From Candidatus Latescibacterota bacterium (lineage in GTDB: Bacteria; Latescibacterota; UBA2968): a stretch of 64,000 nt of DNA. Shown here piece after piece: positions 56,840 through 64,000 of this stretch. Where the stretch lies: the NCBI GenBank assembly GCA_965204375.1, contig OZ241986.1, forward strand, positions 2,592,001 to 2,656,000, in the 5' to 3' direction. How positions within the stretch are numbered: the stretch's first letter is position 1; every line of letters begins with the position of its first letter. Below the pieces are notes generated by a model that worked only from the letters and a program-made list of their open reading frames with translations, was not told the origin of the DNA and searched no databases. A program made the translations under genes and the position numbers.

Positions 56840-57646
56840 ATGATTAAGGTGGGTATTTGTGGTATTGCCGGGCGGATGGGACAGCGAATTTCTCATCTGA
56901 CCCTCGAAGCCGAAGGACTGGATATAGGCGGTGGAGTCGAGTTTCCAGGTCATCCCGTAATTGGAAAAGACATTGGCGAAGTCATAGGCGTTCCGCCCAA
57001 AGGTATATCAGTAGTGGATACGGTCGAGGCAATGACGGACAATGTCGATGTAATCACGGCATTCACCGCGCCCCCTGACCCGACAGTTGTCGCAGCAGAA
57101 ATAGCTGGACGCGCTGGCGTGCCGATGGTCATTGGCACAACGGGTTTGTCGCCCGATCAGGTAGAAACAATGACACAGGCTCTGAAAGACGTGGCCTGTG
57201 TATTCGCACCCAATTTCAGCGTAGGTGTAACCGTATTAGTGCAACTCGTCGAAGAAGCCGCGCGTATTCTGGGCGGCGATTACGATGCAGAAATTGTCGA
57301 AGCGCACCATCGATTTAAAACCGATGCGCCATCGGGAACGGCTTACGCACTGGCCGACGCCACAGCAAGGGGATTGGATCGCAACTTGCAAGAGGTGGGC
57401 GTATATGGTCGCTATGGCGATACGAGCGTGCGGACACGCGAAGAAATCGGCGTACACGCCATTCGTGCCGGCGATATCGTCGGCGAACACACGGTCATGT
57501 TCGGAGGCATTGGAGAAACCATCGAACTCGTCCATCGCGCACAAAGTCGCGATACATTCGCCTCCGGCGTGATTCGGGCTATCCCCTTTGCCGTTGGCGC
57601 CGCCCCGGGGATGTATGACATGCGCGATGTATTGGGATTAAAATAA
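56840..57646 (+). CDS. dapB: 4-hydroxy-tetrahydrodipicolinate reductase
   Basis: GIAGRMG, IGTTG, APNFSVG, EAHHRFKTDAPSGTA and RAGDIVGEH. Confidence 0.95.
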   Translation: MIKVGICGIAGRMGQRISHLTLEAEGLDIGGGVEFPGHPVIGKDIGEVIGVPPKGISVVDTVEAMTDNVDVITAFTAPPDPTVVAAEIAGRAGVPMVIGTTGLSPDQVETMTQALKDVACVFAPNFSVGVTVLVQLVEEAARILGGDYDAEIVEAHHRFKTDAPSGTAYALADATARGLDRNLQEVGVYGRYGDTSVRTREEIGVHAIRAGDIVGEHTVMFGGIGETIELVHRAQSRDTFASGVIRAIPFAVGAAPGMYDMRDVLGLK

Positions 57647-57677
57647 AAAAGGTAAAACGCAAAAGAGGAGGAAATTC

Positions 57678-59585
57678 ATGAGTGTTGATGTGCATGCGGC
57701 ATTTGATGCCGGACAAACCCTTGCTGTGGCAGATCGGATTTTGATCTCACCACAGGCGGGTTCTTTGCAGAGCCGCGTAGATGAACTCTTAGACGCAATA
57801 AAAAATAGCGGAGCCTCTGGCGACTTAATTTGCAAGACATTGATTCAGTTGGGCATGAACTTTGTCGGACGCGATGCCGAGATTGTTGGATATGGCGCTG
57901 AGGAAATAGACGCTGCACTCGACAGTGTGTTAGACGCGCTCGATAATCTGGAAGGCGATCACGCGACTGGTGTTGTGAATGGCTTTTTGGCCGACATGAA
58001 ATCCGTGAACCTCGCCGATAGTCTTTCGGGATTATTGGCCGAGCGGATCGAGTCAAATCTGGACACTAACAATCCCGCGCGGTCATTTTTGGAATTGCTC
58101 AAGACCAATATGCGCGGCGGAGTGTATTGGCAAATGATCGGTGAAAATGTCTGTAAATTTGGCAATGACTTTGCGCGCGGTCTGGAATACTTGCGTCACT
58201 ACGGCTTTTGCCAGGTCTCCACAAACCCGGTATTGGCTGCCAAAGCATTTGACGAAGACCCCTCGCTGGATGATGAACTCAAAGCCGAGATCGCCAGGCA
58301 CGAAGAGTGGAAAGCCGATCCCGAGAAATATGCCGATGACATTGTAATGGCTGCCACACTGATCGCGCTGTGGCCCAATCTCTCAATCTTTCGGCCCCTG
58401 GCGATGTACACGGGACTGAAAGACTACATGGTGAGTTTTCAACTCAATCCCAATATCGCAGATCAAGCCGATGCCAGCATCGAAGATGCGCGCAACGCAT
58501 ATCGCATTGCCGATGACTATTTGAAGGGATATGACAAATTATTGGGCGTCAGCGATATAACCCTGGATCCCAATATCGTATTCAAGGTCGGCGGTGGACA
58601 CGAAGCAGCGCGAAAAATCACGACCGTGCTCAACAGCGCAGGCATTGGCACAAATAACACGGTCGTTTATACCGTTGTCCAGGAAGTGCAACTCGTCATC
58701 GATGCTTTTGAAGGCAAAGCCAGAGCGGCACAGGCCGGTAAGCAAGTGGTGAGAACTTATGAAACGAATATGGGAGGACGGTTTGTAAGCCATTTGCGCG
58801 AAGTAGAAGCCGAAAAGCTATTCGGAGCATTATCAGAAGATCGCGCCAGTGAATTGCTCGCCGAACTCGCTTCAGATCTGGAAGTCGATATATCCGAAGG
58901 GACATTGGCAGAACAAACGGCTGCAACATGTTCTTATGCCCACCTGAAGTCACTGGATCATCCCGTAATCTTAAAAGTTGCCGAAGCGGCCGGTCAATCT
59001 TCAGAAGCAATTGTGCAACTCGAAGCCGATTTAAAAAAAGCGGGGACGGTCGTTGCGCGACGCGTACATTGGATTTTTTACGCGCCTGAAAATCGGCCCA
59101 AATGGGTTGCCTACTTGTCAGACACCTACGGTTTGACAGAAGATCAGGCACAGTGGATTTTGGCGTCAATGGATGTACTGCCCGCGTCCAAACGCGTTCC
59201 CGATGACACGCTTCACGCACTGGGCGAAAACATGTGCCATACAGAATTTCCCAACCATCAACGCGCCGTTCAACTCGTATCAGAAGAACCCGACTTTGAT
59301 CTGGACGAACTCAGGGGATCAATCGGCCATGAATACGAACCCGGCGTAGCACAGCGACTTTACGAATTACCCGATTTTCAGAAGGGCTACGATCTGACGC
59401 CCTCGCTAAAGGATTTTCTCGAGAACGAGGTTCAAATTGATCTGAGCGGCTGGCAAACGCGGGGCATGGAACCCGGCGACTGGCCCGAATTTGGATCGGT
59501 TCAAAAAACCACCGCTGAGTTTAAGGCCGCGTATGACGCATTTTTGGTGCGATGCGTTGAACTGGCCAAAGAAGTTGCTGGATAG
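57678..59585 (+). CDS. Atypical long transaldolase-family protein
   Basis: STNPVL, VSFQLNP, NIVFKV (Schiff-base Lys) and GIGTNNT; about 150-aa N-terminal extension. Confidence 0.72.
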   Translation: MSVDVHAAFDAGQTLAVADRILISPQAGSLQSRVDELLDAIKNSGASGDLICKTLIQLGMNFVGRDAEIVGYGAEEIDAALDSVLDALDNLEGDHATGVVNGFLADMKSVNLADSLSGLLAERIESNLDTNNPARSFLELLKTNMRGGVYWQMIGENVCKFGNDFARGLEYLRHYGFCQVSTNPVLAAKAFDEDPSLDDELKAEIARHEEWKADPEKYADDIVMAATLIALWPNLSIFRPLAMYTGLKDYMVSFQLNPNIADQADASIEDARNAYRIADDYLKGYDKLLGVSDITLDPNIVFKVGGGHEAARKITTVLNSAGIGTNNTVVYTVVQEVQLVIDAFEGKARAAQAGKQVVRTYETNMGGRFVSHLREVEAEKLFGALSEDRASELLAELASDLEVDISEGTLAEQTAATCSYAHLKSLDHPVILKVAEAAGQSSEAIVQLEADLKKAGTVVARRVHWIFYAPENRPKWVAYLSDTYGLTEDQAQWILASMDVLPASKRVPDDTLHALGENMCHTEFPNHQRAVQLVSEEPDFDLDELRGSIGHEYEPGVAQRLYELPDFQKGYDLTPSLKDFLENEVQIDLSGWQTRGMEPGDWPEFGSVQKTTAEFKAAYDAFLVRCVELAKEVAG

Positions 59586-59627
59586 AAGGTTGTCTTGCGG
59601 GGATGAGGCTGTTTCCCAGAATTCGCA

Positions 59628-60197
59628 TCACTTATCCCCGCTTTTCATCTGCGCGTTTAAAATAGCACTTATTCCCTCCCGATTCTCGATGCGGACAAAA
59701 TACGATTCTTCGTGACCCTCTGCCGAAAGCACCATCACATCCCGCATATTTTCGCCGCTCTCATCCCTCTGTTGTTCCAATCGCCACATCATCACATACT
59801 CTGTTCCCGGGGCGCGTTGCCAGGGTACCAGAGGATCCACATCAACCAATTTTCGAGGTTCTGCCCCACTAAAGTCCGCGCCTGTAGCAGTATGCACGGT
59901 AAACTTGATCTGTCCATTGCGCATATCGTAAGCCACCTGCCCTTTTTCCGAAAAATTCCGCTGGATGTGAGGTTCTATCACCGCCAGTGAATACGTACTG
60001 TCGCTGAGCACGAGAATTGTAATTTCTCGTGCCAGATCATCTTCTCCACGCATCCCGGTCTCGCTCCCTGCATACATAAACCAGGCGCCCATTGGCGTGT
60101 CCAATTTCTGTTGCGTCACAGTCTGATCATTCTTTTTTTCCTCCCCAGCACATCCCGCGATCAGACAAAATAATACCACACCCAATACCTGTTTCAT
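59628..60197 (-). CDS. Hypothetical lipoprotein
   Basis: Lipobox IAGC; GGAGGG RBS. Confidence 0.7.
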   Translation of the reverse strand: MKQVLGVVLFCLIAGCAGEEKKNDQTVTQQKLDTPMGAWFMYAGSETGMRGEDDLAREITILVLSDSTYSLAVIEPHIQRNFSEKGQVAYDMRNGQIKFTVHTATGADFSGAEPRKLVDVDPLVPWQRAPGTEYVMMWRLEQQRDESGENMRDVMVLSAEGHEESYFVRIENREGISAILNAQMKSGDK

Positions 60198-60267
60198 GAA
60201 CCCTCCATATATAAAAGCGGCCCAAACAAAAATTTGGACCGCTCACCTGTTTTTCGTGTGATGTACA

Positions 60268-61422
60268 CTATCCTCCAAATGCTTCTTTAAATCGCTCAAA
60301 AAAACCTTTTCCACCTTCTGGGGGCTGTATGTTTTCCAATTTTGCCAACTTGGCAAACAATTCCTCTTCTTCCCTGCTCAATTTGGCGGGCGTCCAGACC
60401 ATCACGCGCACGAGTTGATCGCCCGTGCGATATCCATCCAATTCGGGAATACCCTTGCCACGCAATCTAAAAATCCGCCCCGATTGCGTTCCCGCAGGAA
60501 TTTTCATACTCACGCGACCAGTTAGCGTTGGCACTTCTATATCTGCTCCCAGAGCTGCCTGACTAAAACTAATGGGCAAGTCATACACAATATCGTTGCC
60601 GTGTCTTTCAAAATGGTCGTGTTCTTCTTCTTCAATAAAAACCATACAATCGCCCGCTGGTCCGCCATTAGGCCCGGCATTGCCCTGCCCTCGCAAGGGA
60701 ATATAATTGCCTTCGGAAATGCCAGCGGGGATATTGACTGAAAGATCTTTCTGCTTCTTCACCCGCCCCTGCCCCTGACAACTGTCACATCGCTCGCGCA
60801 CCACGTTGCCAGTGCCATTGCACTGCGGGCAAGTTGTGACATTGACAAACTGCCCAAACAAGGAGCGCGTCGCCTGCCGAATCTGTCCCACACCACCACA
60901 CATATCGCATGTTACGGGCGCACTTCCCGGCTTTGCCCCAGTACCTCCGCACGTATCACAGGTCTCCAGCCGCGACAGCCGAATGGTTTTTTGAGCACCC
61001 TCGGCAATCTCCTCTAATGTCAGACTGATCGAAATCCTCAAATCTTCGCCGCGATTTGACCGCCGTGGGCTGCGCCGACCAAACAAATCGCCAAAGATAC
61101 CACCGCCGAAGATCTCATCCAGATTGGAAAAAATATCTTGAAAATCACCGGCGTGCGAAAAGTCTGACCACTGAAAGCCACCGCCCCGGAAGGTACTGCT
61201 GACGCCCTCGTGACCAAACCGATCATACGCCTGCCGCTTTTGGGTATCCATCAGCACTTCATAAGCCTCGGCACCTTCTTTGAACATTTCCTCAGCCTGT
61301 GGATTGTCCTTATTGCGATCCGGGTGATATTTCAGCGCGTGCTTGCGATAAGCTTTCTTAACATCATCTTCAGAAGCATTGCGATCCACACCCAATATCT
61401 CGTAATAATCTCTTTTGGCCAT
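60268..61422 (-). CDS. dnaJ: Chaperone DnaJ
   Basis: J domain with HPD, G/F region and four CxxCxGxG repeats. Confidence 0.97.
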   Translation of the reverse strand: MAKRDYYEILGVDRNASEDDVKKAYRKHALKYHPDRNKDNPQAEEMFKEGAEAYEVLMDTQKRQAYDRFGHEGVSSTFRGGGFQWSDFSHAGDFQDIFSNLDEIFGGGIFGDLFGRRSPRRSNRGEDLRISISLTLEEIAEGAQKTIRLSRLETCDTCGGTGAKPGSAPVTCDMCGGVGQIRQATRSLFGQFVNVTTCPQCNGTGNVVRERCDSCQGQGRVKKQKDLSVNIPAGISEGNYIPLRGQGNAGPNGGPAGDCMVFIEEEEHDHFERHGNDIVYDLPISFSQAALGADIEVPTLTGRVSMKIPAGTQSGRIFRLRGKGIPELDGYRTGDQLVRVMVWTPAKLSREEEELFAKLAKLENIQPPEGGKGFFERFKEAFGG

Positions 61423-61471
61423 TAACCTTTCCCATCAACATGCAAAAAGAGCCGCACAGTTGCGACCCTGT

Positions 61472-62122
61472 TCATAGTTTGTCTGCATCCGCGTCCTCTT
61501 CCGGGGTCTCCGGTGCAGGTTTGCCCTGACTTACCACCACCTTGGCTGGCCGCAACACCTTATCGCCCAGGCTATATCCTTTTTCAATCTCATCTGAGAC
61601 AATACCGGCATCGTAGATTTCAGATGGCATTTGCATCAATGCCTCATGCACAGTTGGATCAAATGGTTTGCCAATCGTCTCTATTTCTTTCAAATTGCGA
61701 TTGTAGAGCACGCGCGGAAATTGCTCCATAATCATTTTTATGCCTTCTTGAAAGCCCTCTGACTCTGTATCCCCATTTTCGCTGTGTGCCAATGCGCGAC
61801 CAACCCCATCTAAAATGGGCAACAAATCGCGAATCACATCTTCGCTGGCAGATTGCACAAGGATCTCAAATTCTCGTGCCCTGCGTTTTTTGTAATTCTC
61901 AAACTCAGCGGCAAGGCGCATCCACCGATCCTTGTACATTTCGGCTTCTTCGCGAGCCAAAAATAACGGAGTAGCCTCTATCTTCTCCTTCGGCTCCTCC
62001 GATTGATCGGTCTCACCATTAACCTCATCTTTTGCCACCTCTTCAGATTCCACCGCCTCCTCAGATTCCACGACTTTTTCTTCCAACGATGTTTCTTCTT
62101 TTTTTTCTTTTTTCTGCGCCAT
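61472..62122 (-). CDS. grpE: Nucleotide exchange factor GrpE
   Basis: RLAAEFENYKKR, FDP.VHEA and GY.L...VLRPA.V.V. Confidence 0.95.
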   Translation of the reverse strand: MAQKKEKKEETSLEEKVVESEEAVESEEVAKDEVNGETDQSEEPKEKIEATPLFLAREEAEMYKDRWMRLAAEFENYKKRRAREFEILVQSASEDVIRDLLPILDGVGRALAHSENGDTESEGFQEGIKMIMEQFPRVLYNRNLKEIETIGKPFDPTVHEALMQMPSEIYDAGIVSDEIEKGYSLGDKVLRPAKVVVSQGKPAPETPEEDADADKL

Positions 62123-62139
62123 AAGTTCTCAACAACTCC

Positions 62140-63165
62140 TTACCTGCGATCCAGAATCTCTTCTGTTAAATTTGCCATATATTGCACCAGGGGAACGAGC
62201 CGCCCATAAGGCAATCGCGTTGGGCCAATAATCCCGATAACACCCGACACATTGCCCACCGAATACGTAGAAGTCAGCAAACTGCAATCTTTAAGCGCGG
62301 GCGATTCGTGTTCATCACCAATCGTAATGGAAATACCCGCATCGCGCGCGCGGTCACTCAACAAATGCGCCACGTATTCGCGGGCTTCCAGCATACCAAT
62401 CAGACCGGCAAGGCGTTCACTGGAAAAATCGGGCTGACCAAAAAAGTTGCGCGTACCATCCATATGCAGGTCCGCGCTGCTCGGAAATCTGAATAAATGA
62501 TCGGCACTATTGGCAAGCAAACGCAACAACTTGGGAGATCCGGACGATACAGACGCAAGCCGTTCTTTAACAGACGCCATAATCTCGCCTATCGTAAGTC
62601 CAGAAAGCCGCTGGTTGACCACCCGCCGCGTTTCTTCCAACTCGTCTTCTTCAATTTCTGAGTCGATTTCGACAACCATCGTCTTGACCAATCCAGACCG
62701 AATCGTCATCACCATCAGCAGCCTGGATTCGCTCAACTTGAGCATTTCTAAACGCTCAAAAATACCCTGAGTGAATTGAGGACCAAGTGCAATGCCCAGA
62801 TTGTGCGATACATCGGCCAAAACTTTGGACACTTGCACCAGCAAATCATCGGCATTGCCCTCGCGCAAACGCTCAACACTATCCCGAATAGACCGCTGTG
62901 CAGCCTCGGCGAGTTCCTCCCGATTCATCAGCATATCGACATAGTACCGATAGCCCTTATCGCTGGGCACCCTACCCGCCGAAGTGTGAGGCTGGTACAA
63001 ATATCCTTTGTCTTCGAGATCGGCCATCGAGTTTCGAATGGTCGCCGCGCTGAGACCCAAATCCATCTTGGAAATTGTGCGCGACCCCACCGGCTCGCCT
63101 GTGGTGACATAAGTGCCAATCAAAATATCGAGAATTGCTCTTTCCCGAAGTGTCAGTTCGGTCAT
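62140..63165 (-). CDS. hrcA: Heat-inducible transcription repressor HrcA
   Basis: PVGSRT, SAATIRN.MADLE, QPHTSAGRVPSD.GYRYYVD and IIGPTR..Y. Confidence 0.96.
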   Translation of the reverse strand: MTELTLRERAILDILIGTYVTTGEPVGSRTISKMDLGLSAATIRNSMADLEDKGYLYQPHTSAGRVPSDKGYRYYVDMLMNREELAEAAQRSIRDSVERLREGNADDLLVQVSKVLADVSHNLGIALGPQFTQGIFERLEMLKLSESRLLMVMTIRSGLVKTMVVEIDSEIEEDELEETRRVVNQRLSGLTIGEIMASVKERLASVSSGSPKLLRLLANSADHLFRFPSSADLHMDGTRNFFGQPDFSSERLAGLIGMLEAREYVAHLLSDRARDAGISITIGDEHESPALKDCSLLTSTYSVGNVSGVIGIIGPTRLPYGRLVPLVQYMANLTEEILDRR

Positions 63166-63255
63166 AGCATTTCCCTTTCCGTCAAGATGAAAGGGGAAGA
63201 AAACGACCTATCCGCGTTGATACAAATCGAATATGCAAAATAGTTTAGTCTATGA

Positions 63256-63284
63256 TATATATAGGAAGACCCAGCGATTGTCAA
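63256..63284 (-). promoter_or_regulatory. Putative sigma70 promoter of hrcA
   Basis: Minus strand TTGACA-17 bp-TATATA. Confidence 0.6.
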
Positions 63285-63292
63285 GCCCCATC

Positions 63293-63330
63293 AAAAAACG
63301 GGCTGGCCAACTTACCTGACCAACCCGTTT
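63293..63330 (-). terminator. Rho-independent terminator of the upstream gene
   Basis: Minus strand AAACGGGTTGGTCA-loop-TGGCCAGCCCGTTTTTT. Confidence 0.7.
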
Positions 63331-63359
63331 CCGATCTCAGACATGCTTATTTTTTAATT

Positions 63360-64000
63360 TCATCCCACGGGCTTGCCAAAAGCATTGGCAAAGATCAAAA
63401 AGTCTGAAAATGCGACCGTACCATCCCCGTCCAAATCAGCCGCAGCATTGTATCCCGGCACCCCCTCGCTCGTGCCGAAGGCAGCAGCAAAAAGCAGGAA
63501 ATCGGAGAAATCGACATTTCCATCACCATTCAGATCAGCACTGCGCGTCTGGGATGGTGCCTGGCGTACCACGATTAACGCTTGGATTGCGGTCCCGGTA
63601 AGCGGCAATCCTAAGATGGAGACAGTATCTCCCACCATCAAACCAGAAATGGGGAAAGAGAGTTGGGCGAGATCATCAACATTGCCAGAAAAAAATATTG
63701 AGATAATATCCTCAACATTCCTCTGGTCAAGAGTAATCATCAGAGCCTGTGAGACATCCACGCGCACTTGTTGACCATTGAGTTGAATGAAAAACGAATT
63801 AGTTTCAACATCTACACTCTGAACACTGACCTCATTAATTTCAACGGGTGCCGGTTCAGAAAATTCTTCCAGCGCGACTTGCAAACCGGTCACGCTCTCA
63901 CCGTTGACAACCTGAATCAGCGTCGCGGGATCAACTGCACCTGTTATAATATTGATTCCCATAAGAGCACCTAACCCAACCGTATTTCCCTGCGCATTCA
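63360..64000 (-). CDS. C-terminal part of a probable secreted protein with a dockerin/EF-hand-like tail; 5' end outside the window
   Basis: Frame is open to the window edge; ADLNGDGNVDFSDFLLFAAAFG and ADLDGDGTVAFSDFLIFANAFG. Confidence 0.8.
   Translation of the reverse strand, partial: NAQGNTVGLGALMGINIITGAVDPATLIQVVNGESVTGLQVALEEFSEPAPVEINEVSVQSVDVETNSFFIQLNGQQVRVDVSQALMITLDQRNVEDIISIFFSGNVDDLAQLSFPISGLMVGDTVSILGLPLTGTAIQALIVVRQAPSQTRSADLNGDGNVDFSDFLLFAAAFGTSEGVPGYNAAADLDGDGTVAFSDFLIFANAFGKPVG

Noticed and set aside
1-64000. DGR template repeat, reverse transcriptase, tRNA or rRNA genes
   Set aside because: No AAC-rich near-copy of 7046-7171, no RT motifs in any ORF, and no tRNA or rRNA signatures were recognised by eye.

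Overview
This is bacterial chromosomal DNA of about 50% GC. The gene mix (many Gfo/Idh/MocA, PhyH, sulfatase and enolase-superfamily enzymes, plus a dockerin/EF-hand-tailed secreted protein) suggests a Latescibacterota/Poribacteria-like, possibly sponge-associated organism; this is inference only. Housekeeping genes are fbaB (partial), mazG, dppABC, an M16 peptidase pair, a lysine riboswitch with dapA-dapB, an atypical transaldolase, and hrcA-grpE-dnaJ. A catabolic block at 12.7-36.3 kb holds five enolase-superfamily genes, two of them a recent tandem duplicate. The accessory regions are the most interesting part. (i) An apparently cytoplasmic sigma54 activator carries a beta-propeller/Y_Y_Y sensor and lies divergent from a consensus sigma54 promoter. 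That promoter drives secreted proteins, one of which is an FGE/CLec-fold protein whose adenine-depleted 3' end looks like a DGR variable region. The same promoter module and an activator remnant recur at 47 kb before a DUF1800 gene. (ii) An IS4-family element has a 20-bp target duplication of a terminator hairpin. (iii) An integrase-arm-like domain is fused to a degenerate nuclease, with repeated TAGCCACA sites upstream. (iv) A lipoprotein fuses a LivJ-type binding domain to a SpoIVB protease. (v) A recurring 14-19 bp junction motif and a 101-bp dispersed repeat sit at the borders of inserted genes. No rRNA, tRNA, CRISPR array or reverse transcriptase was seen.
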